Shown piece after piece: positions 1 to 12,356 of a DNA stretch of 64,000 bases; position 1 is the first letter of the stretch, and every line of letters begins with the position of its first letter. The position numbers and the translations under genes were made by a program. The DNA comes from an uncultured Hyphomicrobiales bacterium. GTDB lineage: Bacteria > Pseudomonadota > Alphaproteobacteria > Rhizobiales > Xanthobacteraceae. The DNA is taken from assembly GCA_964456755.1 (NCBI GenBank), contig CAYWCE010000004.1:7418-71417 (forward strand), given 5' to 3'. The notes below the pieces were generated by a model. It was not told the origin of the DNA. It did not search any database and was given only the letters and a program-made list of their open reading frames with translations.

Positions 1-406
1 CGGCGAGTTTCTTGGCGGCACCGTTGATAAGGCGCTGTCCGAGCTGCGCGAGCTTGCCGCCGATCTGCGCCTCGACCGCATAAGTGAGCACGGTGCCGTC
101 GGCGCCGTCGCTCAGCTTCACGTCGGCACCACCCTTGGCGAAGCCCGCCACGCCGCCGTCGCCCTGCCCGGATATCCGGTACCCGTTGGGCGGATCGAGT
201 TCGGACAGCTTCACCGTGCCCTTGAAGCGCGCCTTGACCGGACCGATCTTGTTGACGGCCACGGCCGAGAATTCCGTGTCCGAGAGCTTGTCGAGCTGCT
301 CGCAGCCCGGGATGCACGCCTTCAGCACTTCCGGATCGTTCAGCTTCGCCCAGACCACGTCGCGAGACGCGGGCAACTGGACTTCGCCGGTCATCGTCAT
401 CGCCAT
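1..406 (-). CDS. coxG: Carbon monoxide dehydrogenase subunit G (SRPBCC family), 3' end outside window
   Basis: Manual translation of the - strand from ATG at 406: MAMTMTGEVQLPASRDVVWAKLNDPEVLKACIPGCE...GPVKARFKG...GGVAGFAKGGA...GGKLAQLGQRLI, typical of CoxG. Not in the ORF track because it runs off the window. Confidence 0.88.
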   Translation of the reverse strand, partial: MAMTMTGEVQLPASRDVVWAKLNDPEVLKACIPGCEQLDKLSDTEFSAVAVNKIGPVKARFKGTVKLSELDPPNGYRISGQGDGGVAGFAKGGADVKLSDGADGTVLTYAVEAQIGGKLAQLGQRLINGAAKKLA

Positions 407-420
407 AGCCGGCCGCTCCG

Positions 421-1062
421 TCAGGATTGCGTCAGATAGTCGTCGACAGGTTGCATGACTATCCCGTCGGCAATCGGCACACAATCGGCAGGGAAATCCT
501 GCCGGTGCCGTGCGCCCATTTCGCCGGCACGGTCCAGAAACCGCTCCAGGTGCCGCATCGCGCCGGTCGGCAGATCGTGCAGCACCATCAGCGTCCACGC
601 CCGTTCCCGGCACTGACCGAGCGCACGCTCGATCCACCCATCGGGATCGTCCCAATCGCGCGGAATGGCGTTCCACAACACGCAAGTGAACCGACCGGCG
701 ATCAGATAGTCGAGCGCCGACCTGTTCAGCAGCCGTCGGTCGAGATGCCCGCCGCCCCCGAACGGCCGAAACCAGCGATGCGGATGCGACAAGGTGCCGA
801 TCTCGGCCTGCGTGCGCCCGATCTCGCGCTCTCCGGTATCCGGCTCGTTTCGCTGTCCGAACGGCAGCGTGTGGCTCCAGGAATGGTTGCCGATCCAGTG
901 CCCCTCCGCATGCGCGCGTTCCGCCGGCGCCCGATGCCGCCGCAGCCGCTCCCCGACCACAAAGAAGGTCGTCCTGATCGCGCGGCGGGCGAGGATGTCG
1001 AGCACCGCAGGCGTCGTGTCCGGGTCGGGACCGTTATCGAAAGTGAGGGTTAGCTCGAACAT
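421..1062 (-). CDS. Polysaccharide deacetylase (NodB/CE4 family)
   Basis: LTFDNGP, GNHSWSH, FRPFGG and VLHD motifs. Confidence 0.85.
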   Translation of the reverse strand: MFELTLTFDNGPDPDTTPAVLDILARRAIRTTFFVVGERLRRHRAPAERAHAEGHWIGNHSWSHTLPFGQRNEPDTGEREIGRTQAEIGTLSHPHRWFRPFGGGGHLDRRLLNRSALDYLIAGRFTCVLWNAIPRDWDDPDGWIERALGQCRERAWTLMVLHDLPTGAMRHLERFLDRAGEMGARHRQDFPADCVPIADGIVMQPVDDYLTQS

Positions 1063-1170
1063 GCGGCCTTATCGTCCGGTGCACCGGTGCAGGCAATATC
1101 TCCACAGACAATGGCGCCATGCGCCGCAAAGCCCTAGTCTGTTGCCTCGCCACAGTCCAGAACGCTGCAC

Positions 1171-2538
1171 ATGACCGGTCCGCTCCAGCCAGACAGCCTG
1201 CTCGGCCCGCTTTTTTCCGGCGCGGCGATGCGCGCGGCGATGAGCGACCGCGCGCGCCTGCAGCATATGCTCGACGTCGAGCAGGCGCTGGCGCGGGTCC
1301 AGGGCGCGCTTGGGATTATCCCCGCAGAGGCGGTTGCGCCGGTGGCCGCGGCCTGCAAGGCCGAACTTTACGACATGGCGGCACTCGGCCGGGCCGCGGT
1401 CGGCGCCGGAAATATCGTCATTCCTCTGGTCAAAGCCCTGACCGCACAGGTCGCAAGCCAGGATGCAGCAGCCGCCCGCTTCGTGCATTGGGGCGCGACC
1501 AGCCAGGACATCGTGGACACGGCGACGGCGCTCGATCTCCGCGACGCCGTCGCCGCGCTCGATGCCGACCTGGCGCGCGCGATTGCCGGCTTCTCGTCGC
1601 TGGCCGCCGCGCATCGCAACACGCCCGCCGTCGCCCGCACCTGGCTGCAGCATGCGCTGCCGATGCCGTTCGGCCTCAAGCTGGCCGGCTATGCCGCGGC
1701 GCTCGCCCGCTCGCGCAGGCGCCTGCAAAGGATGCGCGACGAGTGCCTGGTGCTGCAATTCGGCGGCGCGGCGGGCACGCTCGCCTCGCTCGGCACGGGC
1801 GGTCTCGAAGTGGCCGAAGCGTTGGCGCGCGCGCTCGGTCTGCCCCTGCCGGACGCGCCCTGGCACACACACCGCGACCGGTTCGCGGAGGCGGCGGCCG
1901 ACCTTGCGATCCTCGCCGGCACCTGCGGCAAGATCGCGCGCGATATCGGCCTGCTGATGCAGACGGAGGTCGGCGAAGTCTTCGAGCCCTCCGGTCCGGG
2001 CCGCGGCGGCTCCTCAACCATGCCGCACAAGCGCAACCCCGTCGCCGCTGCGGCCGCGCTCGCCTGTTCCCAGCTTGCCCCGCAACTCGCCGCAGCAATC
2101 CTGGCGGGGCAGGCGCAGGAGCACGAGCGCTCCGCGGGATTGTGGGCTGCCGAATGGCCGGCCTTTCCGGCACTGGCGCTGGCGACGTCCGGCGCGCTTG
2201 CGGCAATCGTCGACATCGCCGAGGGCCTCGAGGTCGACGCCGCCCGCATGCGCGGCAATCTCGATCTCACACAAGGCCTGATCCTTGCCGAGGCGGTGGC
2301 CATGAAGCTCGCGGAGACGGTCGGCAAGGCCGAAGCGCACCGGCTGGTCGAGGCTGCGAGCAGGCGCGCGGTGCAGGACGGGCGGCACCTGAAGGATGTC
2401 GTGCAGTCCGACGCCGCACTCACCGCGCTGCTCGCGCCAGCGGCGATCGAAGCGCTGTTCGACCCGCGGAATTATCAGGGCGTGGCCCAGCAATTGATCG
2501 ACCGGCTGCTGGCCGCCGCTGGCGACGCCAGACCATAA
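1171..2538 (+). CDS. pcaB: 3-carboxy-cis,cis-muconate cycloisomerase
   Basis: HWGATSQD, RTWLQHA, GSSTMPHKRNP and QEHER motifs; followed by pcaD and pcaC. Confidence 0.93.
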   Translation: MTGPLQPDSLLGPLFSGAAMRAAMSDRARLQHMLDVEQALARVQGALGIIPAEAVAPVAAACKAELYDMAALGRAAVGAGNIVIPLVKALTAQVASQDAAAARFVHWGATSQDIVDTATALDLRDAVAALDADLARAIAGFSSLAAAHRNTPAVARTWLQHALPMPFGLKLAGYAAALARSRRRLQRMRDECLVLQFGGAAGTLASLGTGGLEVAEALARALGLPLPDAPWHTHRDRFAEAAADLAILAGTCGKIARDIGLLMQTEVGEVFEPSGPGRGGSSTMPHKRNPVAAAAALACSQLAPQLAAAILAGQAQEHERSAGLWAAEWPAFPALALATSGALAAIVDIAEGLEVDAARMRGNLDLTQGLILAEAVAMKLAETVGKAEAHRLVEAASRRAVQDGRHLKDVVQSDAALTALLAPAAIEALFDPRNYQGVAQQLIDRLLAAAGDARP

Positions 2539-2553
2539 GGACGGAGGAATGCA

Positions 2554-3333
2554 ATGCCGACGATCGACGCCGACGGTTGTCCGATTCATGTCGAAGTCGA
2601 GGGCCCCGACAACGCGCCGACGCTGATGCTGTCGAACTCCCTCGGCACCACGCTCAACATGTGGGATCCGCAGGCAAGGGCCTTTGCCGAGCGGTTCCGC
2701 CTGATCCGCTACGACCGGCGCGGGCACGGGCGCTCCGGCCTGGGCAAGGGCCCCTGTACGATGGAGCGCCTCGGCCGCGATGCCATTGCGATCCTCGACA
2801 CGCTCGGGGTGAAAAAGACCAACTGGTGCGGCCTTTCGATGGGCGGGATGGTCGGACAATGGCTTGCTGCGAATGCGCCGGAGCGCATGGACCGCGTCGT
2901 TTTGTCGAACACATCCTGCTATTACGCCGACAAGGAGATCTGGAACGGCCGCATCAGGTTCATTCGCGAAAAGGGGCTTGCCGGCATTGTCGACGGCACG
3001 ATGGAGCGCTGGTTCACGCCAGACTTTCGGACACGCGCGCCGCAGACGATCGCGCGCATGACCGAGATGCTGCTGTCCACGCCGGTCGACGGCTACATCG
3101 CCTGCTGCGAAGCCGTGCGCGACATGGACCATCGCGACCTGCTGGCACGGATTTCCGTGCCGACGCTGATCCTCGCCGGCGGCCGCGATCCGGCCACCAC
3201 GGTGAGCGACGGGGAATATCTGCGCGACCATATCAAGGGCGCGCGGCTTTCCGTGATCGACGCCGCGCACATATCCAATATCGAGCAGCCGGAGGAATTC
3301 CGGCGCATCGTGCTCGAATTTCTCGGCGCCTGA
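2554..3333 (+). CDS. pcaD: 3-oxoadipate enol-lactonase
   Basis: LSNSLGT, RYDRRGHG, GLSMGG, AAHISNIEQP; GGAGG RBS. Confidence 0.92.
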   Translation: MPTIDADGCPIHVEVEGPDNAPTLMLSNSLGTTLNMWDPQARAFAERFRLIRYDRRGHGRSGLGKGPCTMERLGRDAIAILDTLGVKKTNWCGLSMGGMVGQWLAANAPERMDRVVLSNTSCYYADKEIWNGRIRFIREKGLAGIVDGTMERWFTPDFRTRAPQTIARMTEMLLSTPVDGYIACCEAVRDMDHRDLLARISVPTLILAGGRDPATTVSDGEYLRDHIKGARLSVIDAAHISNIEQPEEFRRIVLEFLGA

Positions 3334-3346
3334 GCGGGAGCGACAC

Positions 3347-3742
3347 ATGGACGACAGCGAGCGCCATCAACGCGGCATGGTCCGGCGCCGCAAGGTACTT
3401 GGCAACCAATGGGTGGATCGCGCCAACGCATCGAAGACCGCATTCAATTCGGAATTTCAGGATTTCATCACCCGCTACGCCTGGGGCGAAATCTGGACGC
3501 GCCCGCATTACGACGAGCGCACCCGCCGCGTCCTGGTCATCGGCACCATGATCGCGCTGGACAAATGGGCGGAATTCCGCATGCACGTGCGTGCGGCCCT
3601 GGTCGAGGGCGGATTTTCCGCCGACGACATCAAGGAAATCATCATGCAGCAGGCGATCTATTGCGGTGTGCCGGCTGCCAACCACGCGTTCAAGGAAGCC
3701 GGCGAGATCGTCGCCGAATTGTCCGGCAGGGACGGCGGCTAG
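3347..3742 (+). CDS. pcaC: 4-carboxymuconolactone decarboxylase
   Basis: GMVRRRKVLG, FQDFITRYAWGEIWTRP, AIYCGVPAANHAF. Confidence 0.9.
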   Translation: MDDSERHQRGMVRRRKVLGNQWVDRANASKTAFNSEFQDFITRYAWGEIWTRPHYDERTRRVLVIGTMIALDKWAEFRMHVRAALVEGGFSADDIKEIIMQQAIYCGVPAANHAFKEAGEIVAELSGRDGG

Positions 3743-4326
3743 CCCGATCCCGCCTGGCGGCGCAGAATATCCCAGCGCCGCGCGCCGGCGCCGCACCGGC
3801 GTCGCGGCCGACCGGGATAACGCTCCGCCGACGCCCGCTGCTCCTGGCAGGCAAGCCGAGACGGTCGTTCGCTTTCCATCGCACGCTCGATCAGGCTCAG
3901 CGTCGCCGCGAGTCCCGCAAGCCAGAGCACCGGACGGTGCTGCGCGAGCAGTTGCGGGGTCGCCTCAAGCAGCGCCGGCGCAGCGGCAAAAAAAGTCGCG
4001 ATCAGCGCCAGCACGACGCCGGCGTCGAGCATTTCGTGCTGGGTCTCGCCGCCGAACAGCCCGGCCATACGGGTGGCGACATAGAATGCGAACAGGATCG
4101 CCACTGCGAGCTGAAGCGCTGCGAAGAATGCGGCCAGCATCACCAGCCCCCGCGGCCCGGCGCCGAACGCCGCGCCGATGTCGAACACCGCGCGCGCAAA
4201 ATCGCGGTCGTCGAAGCCCCAGACCGGCGAGGCCAGATGCGCAATGGCATCTCGCCCGAACACCGCCACGAAGTAGAGGGACACGCCGACGATCAGGAAC
4301 GGAATCGAACGGGATACACGCCGCAT
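3739..4326 (-). CDS. Hypothetical integral membrane protein
   Basis: About four hydrophobic segments; GGAG upstream; no family recognised. Confidence 0.6.
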   Translation of the reverse strand: MRRVSRSIPFLIVGVSLYFVAVFGRDAIAHLASPVWGFDDRDFARAVFDIGAAFGAGPRGLVMLAAFFAALQLAVAILFAFYVATRMAGLFGGETQHEMLDAGVVLALIATFFAAAPALLEATPQLLAQHRPVLWLAGLAATLSLIERAMESERPSRLACQEQRASAERYPGRPRRRCGAGARRWDILRRQAGSG

Positions 4327-4436
4327 TGCAGTCTCCGCAGGCCCGGCCCGGCGAAAACCCCTCCCCGCCGCCGTCCGGTCACGCGCATATCCAATTTCGA
4401 TTCAATGCCGCGGGCAATGCTAACCGGATGTTTACC

Positions 4437-5336
4437 TTAACCCTTCGGGTTCGCGCGCCCCTGCCGATAGTCCTGCGGCGTCTTGCCGGTCTGCTTGCGG
4501 AAAAAGCGGGCGAAATGCGACGGATCGAAGAAGCCGAGATCGTATGCAATGTCGTGGATCGGACGTCCGGTAAAGACCAGCTCGCGCTTGGCCTCGGTCA
4601 GCAGCCGCTGGCGGATCAGGTGGCCGGCGGTCACGCCGGCGGTGCGCTTGACGATGGCGTTGAGGCGGTCTGCCGTCATCGCCAGCATGCCGGCATAGAA
4701 AGCAACCTGCCGCTCGGTGCGGAAATTCTCGTCGACCAGACGACGCAGTTGCAGCAGCATCGGATCGGCCGGGGCCAGCGTAACGCTGCCGCTGCGCGCA
4801 CGGCTCGCCGCCAGACGCGCCGCTTCGATGGCGATCAGCGCCAGCAGCGCGCGCATGGCGAGCCGATGTCCCTCCCGCGCCAGGAAGCTCTCCTGGTGCA
4901 GGTCGGCGCACAAAGCCGCAATCCGGCGTCTCTCCTTGTCGGAATCGAGCGCAATCACCGGTTCCGTTGCAAGCATCCGCAATCGGGTCAGCGCCTGCAG
5001 CGACTGGTCGCCGAGGCCGTCGGCGACATCCTCGGTAAAGCTGACGACCCAGCCGTCGGTGACCCGGGGCTCGAAGCGAAAGCCATGAACGACATTCGGC
5101 TGCAGAAGGATGACCGCCGGCGCACGAAAGGAAACGTTCGCCGTCTCGCAGGTCATTTCGCCGCCGCCGTCCGCGATCAGCAGAATCTGGAACAGGTTAC
5201 GGTGGCGGTGCGCGCGGATGACCCAATCGTGCACGCGCGAGCGCGAGGCGATGGTCTCGATATGGATGAAATCGAATGCCTGCTCGTCCGGCGGATCGCC
5301 GTATAGATGGAACAGCGGCAGAGCCTGCGCGGACAT
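4437..5336 (-). CDS. AraC-family regulator, PobR-like
   Basis: LFHLYGD...FDFIHIETI...HRH cupin N-terminus; IAYDLGFFDPSHFARFFRKQTGKTP AraC C-terminus; near pca genes. Confidence 0.85.
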   Translation of the reverse strand: MSAQALPLFHLYGDPPDEQAFDFIHIETIASRSRVHDWVIRAHRHRNLFQILLIADGGGEMTCETANVSFRAPAVILLQPNVVHGFRFEPRVTDGWVVSFTEDVADGLGDQSLQALTRLRMLATEPVIALDSDKERRRIAALCADLHQESFLAREGHRLAMRALLALIAIEAARLAASRARSGSVTLAPADPMLLQLRRLVDENFRTERQVAFYAGMLAMTADRLNAIVKRTAGVTAGHLIRQRLLTEAKRELVFTGRPIHDIAYDLGFFDPSHFARFFRKQTGKTPQDYRQGRANPKG

Positions 5337-5384
5337 GGCGCAAGCATAATGTGCGGCGCGCGGCAGTAAACCGCCGCGTGCGAT

Positions 5385-6191
5385 TCAGTCCTGCGACCTG
5401 TCGTTGCGGAACGGCTGGGTCAGCAGCCGGTCGAGCCGCAATTCCCGCGGATTCCGGAAGATCGTGAGCCCGATCGTCATGCCCTGATGGCCGGCGGAGG
5501 GCTCGGCCCGGTAGGTGCCGAACAACCAGTCCCACCACGGCAGATTGAAGCCGAAATTGCTGTCGGTTTCATGCCGCAGAATGGAATGGTGAACGCGGTG
5601 CATGTCCGGCGTCACCACAACCAGCCGCGCCAGGCGATCGATCCAGCGTGGCATTGCGACGTTGGCGTGGTTGAATACTGACGTCGCATTCAGCACGATT
5701 TCGAACGCCAGAACCGCAAGCGAGGGAATGCCGAACGCGATTACCACGGCGACCTTCAGCGCCATCGAAATCAGGATTTCAATCGGGTGGAAACGAAGGC
5801 CGGTGGTCAGGTCGATATCCAGATCGGCGTGATGCATCCGGTGCAGCCGCCAGAGAACGGGCACGTGATGGAAGGCAAAATGCTGGGCATAAATCACGAG
5901 GTCGAGGATCAGGAATCCGGCAATGCCGGATGCGAGCGGCGGCAGACCGGCGATATTGAAAAGGCCCCAGCCCTTTTCCGCGGCGAGGATCGCGGCCCCG
6001 ACGGCGGCAGCGGGCATCAGCAGGCGTACGGCCAGCGCGTCGATCACCACGATCCCGAGATTGCTCGGCCAGCGCGGCGCCCGGCCGACCAGAAGCGCCC
6101 GGCACGGCGCCACGATCTCCCAGATCGCCATGGATCCAAAGATGGCCAGGGCCGATACGACCCTGATTGCGATTTCGGTCTCCGGCGACAT
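5385..6191 (-). CDS. Sterol desaturase / fatty acid hydroxylase family protein
   Basis: His boxes HFAFH, HRMHH, FNHAN, HRVHH; NFGFNLPWWDWLFGTY. Start assumed at MSPETE (6191). Confidence 0.88.
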   Translation of the reverse strand: MSPETEIAIRVVSALAIFGSMAIWEIVAPCRALLVGRAPRWPSNLGIVVIDALAVRLLMPAAAVGAAILAAEKGWGLFNIAGLPPLASGIAGFLILDLVIYAQHFAFHHVPVLWRLHRMHHADLDIDLTTGLRFHPIEILISMALKVAVVIAFGIPSLAVLAFEIVLNATSVFNHANVAMPRWIDRLARLVVVTPDMHRVHHSILRHETDSNFGFNLPWWDWLFGTYRAEPSAGHQGMTIGLTIFRNPRELRLDRLLTQPFRNDRSQD

Positions 6192-6385
6192 CCCATTCGG
6201 CTCCGGTACGGTTCCGCCGCCGCACACATAACCATGCCCCGGGTCGGTGAAAAGCGCTTGCCCGCAAGCTTGCCGCGTTGCCCATGTCAGGCGGCGCTGC
6301 TAAGGAAAACAGGCCCGCCGCCGCGATCCGGCCCGCGGGCCATCGCCGGGGCCTTTGTTTTCTGCGCGGGGGACGCGACCGACGG

Positions 6386-7296
<911 letters not shown>

Positions 7297-7300
<4 letters not shown>

Positions 7301-8625
7301 GGCTTCGCCGCGTGCGACTCGAAGCGCAAACGCCCCAACCTGCGCTCGATGTCGTCGGCGCGCTGAAAAGCGCGCTGCTTGCGGCGCTCGTCGCCTTCGG
7401 GCTGTTCTCGATGCTGATCGGCTTGCGTACCGATCAGGGCCCGACCGGCGCCCTGATCCTGACGCCGCGATTTGCCGAACTGCTCGGATTTGTCGCCGCC
7501 GTCTTCGTCGGCGCATTCCTGCGGGCATTGCTGTTCAGCGACGAGCGGTTTCAGGTCTCGCGGCTGATCCCCGCATCCGTGCGTGCCGTCGCCGGCGGCG
7601 CCGGACCCTATTTCGGCGCGGCATTGCTGATCTTTGCCGTGCTTGTGCCGGTTTTCTTTTTCGAGGATCGTTACGTTCTCGACCTGTCGATCGCCATCCT
7701 CACCTACATCATGCTGGGCTGGGGCCTGAATATCGTCGTCGGGCTGGCCGGACTTCTCGACCTCGGCTATGTCGCCTTCTATGCCGTCGGCGCCTATTCC
7801 TACGCCCTGCTGGCGCAGTATTTCGGTTTCAGCTTCTGGATCTGTCTGCCGCTGGCGGGAATCCTCGCGGCGTTCTGGGGCATCCTGCTTGGCTTTCCGG
7901 TGCTGCGCCTGCGCGGCGACTATCTCGCCATCGTCACCCTTGCCTTTGGCGAGATCATCCGCCTGGTCCTGATCAACTGGCAGGAATTCACCGGCGGGCC
8001 GAACGGAATTTCCGGCATCGCGCGGCCGAGCTTTTTCGGCATTCCGTTTACCGCCGACGAGGACGGCTTTGCCGCCACGTTCGGGATTGAGTTTTCCTCC
8101 ACGCACCGGGTGGTTTTTCTGTACTACCTGATCCTTGCGCTCGCGCTGGTCACCAACGCCGTCACCATCAGGCTGCGCCGGCTGCCGATCGGCCGCGCCT
8201 GGGAAGCCCTGCGCGAAGACGAGATTGCCTGCCGTTCGCTCGGCATCAACACCACCAACACCAAGCTCACCGCCTTCGCCATCGGCGCCATGTTCGGCGG
8301 CTTTGCCGGCTCGTTCTTCGCCACGCGGCAGGGCTTCATCAGCCCGGAAAGCTTCACCTTCGGCGAGTCGGCGCTGATCCTCGCCATCGTCGTGCTCGGC
8401 GGCATGGGCTCGCAGATCGGCGTCGTCATCGCCTCGGTGGTGATGCTGGGCGGCTTCGAGATTTTCCGCGAATTCGAGCAATACCGCATGCTGGTGTTCG
8501 GTTTCGCCATGGTCGCGATCATGATCTGGCGGCCGCGCGGGCTGGTGGCGACGCGCCTGCCTTCGATCTATCTCAAGGAACGCAAGGTCGTTTCCGCCGA
8601 GATGGTCAGCGAGGGGCGCGGATGA
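7297..8625 (+). CDS. livM: Branched-chain amino acid ABC transporter permease
   Basis: [25 protein letters not shown]; [16 protein letters not shown]; GTGA overlap with livH. Confidence 0.94.
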
Positions 8626-9473
8626 GCGGTTCCGCCCCGATCCTGAAAGTCGAGCACTTGAGCATGCGTTTCGGCGGGCTCGTGGCCGTCGACGACCTGT
8701 CGTTTTCGGCGCAGCGCGGCGACATTACCGCGCTGATCGGGCCGAATGGCGCCGGCAAGACTACCGTATTCAACTGCATCACCGGCTTCTACAAGCCGAC
8801 CGTCGGCATGATCACGCTGACGCATGCGAACGGACGGACTTTCCTGCTGGAACGGCTGTTCGATTTTCGCATTTCCCAGATTGCCCGCGTCGCGCGCACG
8901 TTTCAGAATATCAGGCTGTTTCCCGGCATGACCGTGCTGGAAAACCTCATGGTGGCCCAGCACAACGTGCTGATGCATGCGTCCGGCTGGACGATCGCCG
9001 GCATGCTCGGTCTGCAGACTTTCACCAGGGCCGAACGCGCCTCGGTGGAACTTGCCAAATACTGGCTCGAACGGATCGGGCTGATCGAACGCGCCGACGA
9101 TCCCGCCGGCGAACTGCCCTACGGGGCGCAGCGCCGGCTGGAAGTCGCCCGCGCCATGTGCACACGGCCGGTTCTGCTCTGTCTCGACGAGCCGGCCGCC
9201 GGACTGAATGCGCGCGAGAGCGCCGAGCTAAACGAGCTTCTGCTTTTTATACGCAAGGAACACGGCACCTCGATCCTGCTGATCGAGCATGACATGTCCG
9301 TGGTGATGGAGATTTCCGACCATATCGTCGTGCTCGACTATGGCGTGAAGATTTCCGACGGAACGCCCGCGCAGATCCGCGAGGATCCCAAGGTGATCGC
9401 CGCCTATCTCGGTGTTGAGGACGAGGAGGTCGAGGAGGTTGAAGCGGAGGTCGGCATTGGCACAGACCGCTAG
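8622..9473 (+). CDS. livG: Branched-chain amino acid ABC transporter ATP-binding protein
   Basis: [35 protein letters not shown]. Confidence 0.95.
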   Translation: MSGSAPILKVEHLSMRFGGLVAVDDLSFSAQRGDITALIGPNGAGKTTVFNCITGFYKPTVGMITLTHANGRTFLLERLFDFRISQIARVARTFQNIRLFPGMTVLENLMVAQHNVLMHASGWTIAGMLGLQTFTRAERASVELAKYWLERIGLIERADDPAGELPYGAQRRLEVARAMCTRPVLLCLDEPAAGLNARESAELNELLLFIRKEHGTSILLIEHDMSVVMEISDHIVVLDYGVKISDGTPAQIREDPKVIAAYLGVEDEEVEEVEAEVGIGTDR

Positions 9474-10239
9474 CAGTCCCGCTCCGGCCGCCGATCCGCG
9501 CACGCCGCTGCTCGCGGTGCGCGGCGTGAAGACCTATTACGGCAATATCGTTGCGCTGCGCGGCGTCGATGTCGACGTACATGAGGGCGAGATCGTCACG
9601 CTGATCGGCGCCAATGGCGCCGGCAAGTCGACGCTGATGATGACCATTTTCGGCAATCCGCGCGCACGCGAGGGCTCGGTCTATTTCGAGGGTCGCGACA
9701 TCACGCGCATGCCGACGCACGAGATCGCCCGTCTGCATATCGCCCAGTCGCCGGAGGGCCGGCGCATCTTTGCGCGCATGACGGTGCTGGAAAACCTGCA
9801 GCTCGGCGCCACCATTTCCGAGCCCGGCCTGTTCGCGGCGGACCTGGAGCGGGTGCTGACCCTGTTCCCGCGCCTGCGCGAACGGCTTTACCAGCGCGGC
9901 GGCACGCTCTCCGGCGGCGAGCAGCAGATGCTGGCGATTGCGCGCGCGCTGGTCAGCCGCCCGCGCCTGCTGCTGCTCGACGAACCCTCGCTGGGGCTGG
10001 CGCCGCTGCTGGTGCGGCAGATATTTTCCGCCATCCGCGAATTGAACGAGCGGGAGAAGCTGAGCGTGTTTCTGGTGGAACAGAACGCCTTTCATGCGCT
10101 CAAGCTCGCGCATCGCGGTTATGTGATGGTCAACGGCCAGATCACCATGGCGGGGACGGGCAAGGAATTGCTGGCGCGACCGGAAATCCGCGCCGCCTAT
10201 CTGGAGGGCGGACGGCACGACGGAGGCGCGGCGCGATGA
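9457..10239 (+). CDS. livF: Branched-chain amino acid ABC transporter ATP-binding protein
   Basis: GANGAGKS, PEGRRIF, LSGGEQQM, LDEPSLGLAP; TTG start at 9457 after GGAGG. Confidence 0.94.
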   Translation: MAQTASSPAPAADPRTPLLAVRGVKTYYGNIVALRGVDVDVHEGEIVTLIGANGAGKSTLMMTIFGNPRAREGSVYFEGRDITRMPTHEIARLHIAQSPEGRRIFARMTVLENLQLGATISEPGLFAADLERVLTLFPRLRERLYQRGGTLSGGEQQMLAIARALVSRPRLLLLDEPSLGLAPLLVRQIFSAIRELNEREKLSVFLVEQNAFHALKLAHRGYVMVNGQITMAGTGKELLARPEIRAAYLEGGRHDGGAAR

Positions 10240-10604
10240 CCGGCCTTTATGAATCGGAGGACTGGTTTCACGTCCTGATGGTGACCGGGATGATCGGCGG
10301 CGGCGCCGCCTGGCTGGCCGGCCGCGCCATCGCGCAGACCTGGCGGCCGGCCTGGCATGCCATCCTCTACATGATCCTGCTCGGCGGAGCGGTACGCTTC
10401 GTGCATTTCGCGCTGTTCTACGGCACGCTCCTGTCTTTGCCCTCCTATCTCGCGGATGCCGGCTTCCTGACTGCCGTGTCCCTGGTCGCCTACCGGATGA
10501 CGCGAGCGCGACAAATGGCCACGCAATATCCTTGGCTGTACCGGCGCACCGGGCCGTTCACGTGGCGGGAACATGCCGGCGCAGGCGAAAAAAGCACAAT
10601 TTAG
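10236..10604 (+). CDS. Conserved small membrane protein of alphaproteobacterial liv operons (DUF6867-like)
   Basis: GRAIAQTWRP, VRFVHFALF, QMATQYPWLY; lies between livF and livK. Confidence 0.75.
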   Translation: MTGLYESEDWFHVLMVTGMIGGGAAWLAGRAIAQTWRPAWHAILYMILLGGAVRFVHFALFYGTLLSLPSYLADAGFLTAVSLVAYRMTRARQMATQYPWLYRRTGPFTWREHAGAGEKSTI

Positions 10605-10713
10605 CCCCGCTGGCCTGATGACTTCCGGAAAAATCCGGCGAAAATGACGCCAGCAGCTTTTGCCACGGTCGGCGTGCCGCCGCCCGTTCACTTCACGCGA
10701 GAGGAGCCTAACC

Positions 10714-11835
<1,122 letters not shown>

Positions 11836-11866
11836 GCCGCCGCGCCCGACGCACGTTCCAACATCG

Positions 11867-11896
11867 TCCGCCCCGGTTCGCCGGGGCGGATTTTTT
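11867..11896 (+). terminator. Rho-independent terminator of the liv operon
   Basis: TCCGCCCCGG-TTCG-CCGGGGCGGA perfect 10-bp stem followed by T6. Confidence 0.92.
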
Positions 11897-12015
11897 GTGC
11901 CCGGACCCGCGGCGTGGCGCATGGCACGTCCTTGCATCCGAAACGTCTGGCCGCGGGCGCGCGCAAGCGCCCGTATTCTTTGCGGCGCCGGGTGCGCCGT
12001 CTTGCGTTTCGTTCC

Positions 12016-12356
12016 CGTCCCTGCGAAGGGACGCGCGGAACGCCGGGCTCTCAGCCTGCCCGCGGCCTCGTGTGGGGATTGCGAAAACCACACGAGATTG
12101 CAGTCACCACGGACCGCCGATTTCTCCGGCGTTCCGCGCGCGGTGTTTGAGGCTTGCTCTGCGACAACCCCGGAGGAGAGACACCCCAGCGACGGGGCTG
12201 CCCTTGGTATCCTCCGCTGGTGACCCACGGCCCGTGGGCCGGATCGCCGCAGCTTGGGCCTCCGCTGCGCGGGCGTACGTCCTGCGCCCGTGCTGCGGCC
12301 ACCGCATCCCGCCCCGCGTCCGCGACGCTCGAGACGCCCCTTGCTCGGGGCGGGAT
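12016..12356 (-). ncRNA. Large multi-stem non-coding element (candidate structured RNA or intergenic repeat)
   Basis: Perfect inverted repeats: 12032-12046/12126-12140 (15 bp), nested 12067-12075/12088-12096 (9 bp), 12016-12022/12027-12033, 12171-12177/12210-12216, 12224-12229/12233-12238, 12246-12253/12292-12299, 12306-12315/12347-12356 (10 bp). No credible ORF. A TATATT -10-like box lies just upstream on the - strand; strand is inferred from this. Confidence 0.5.

Noticed and set aside
2008-2040. Shared ATGCCGCACAAGCGCAACCC sequence in pcaB and purB (~25539) as a repeat
   Set aside because: It encodes the conserved SSxMPHKRNP signature of the fumarase/aspartase superfamily and is not a DNA repeat element.
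1119-3551. Very long alternative-frame and antisense ORFs (e.g. 1119-3551, 20978-23233, 44084-46225, 46285-48396, 56824-58995)
   Set aside because: These are Arg/Ala/Gly/Pro-rich shadow frames over well-supported genes, as expected in high-GC DNA.
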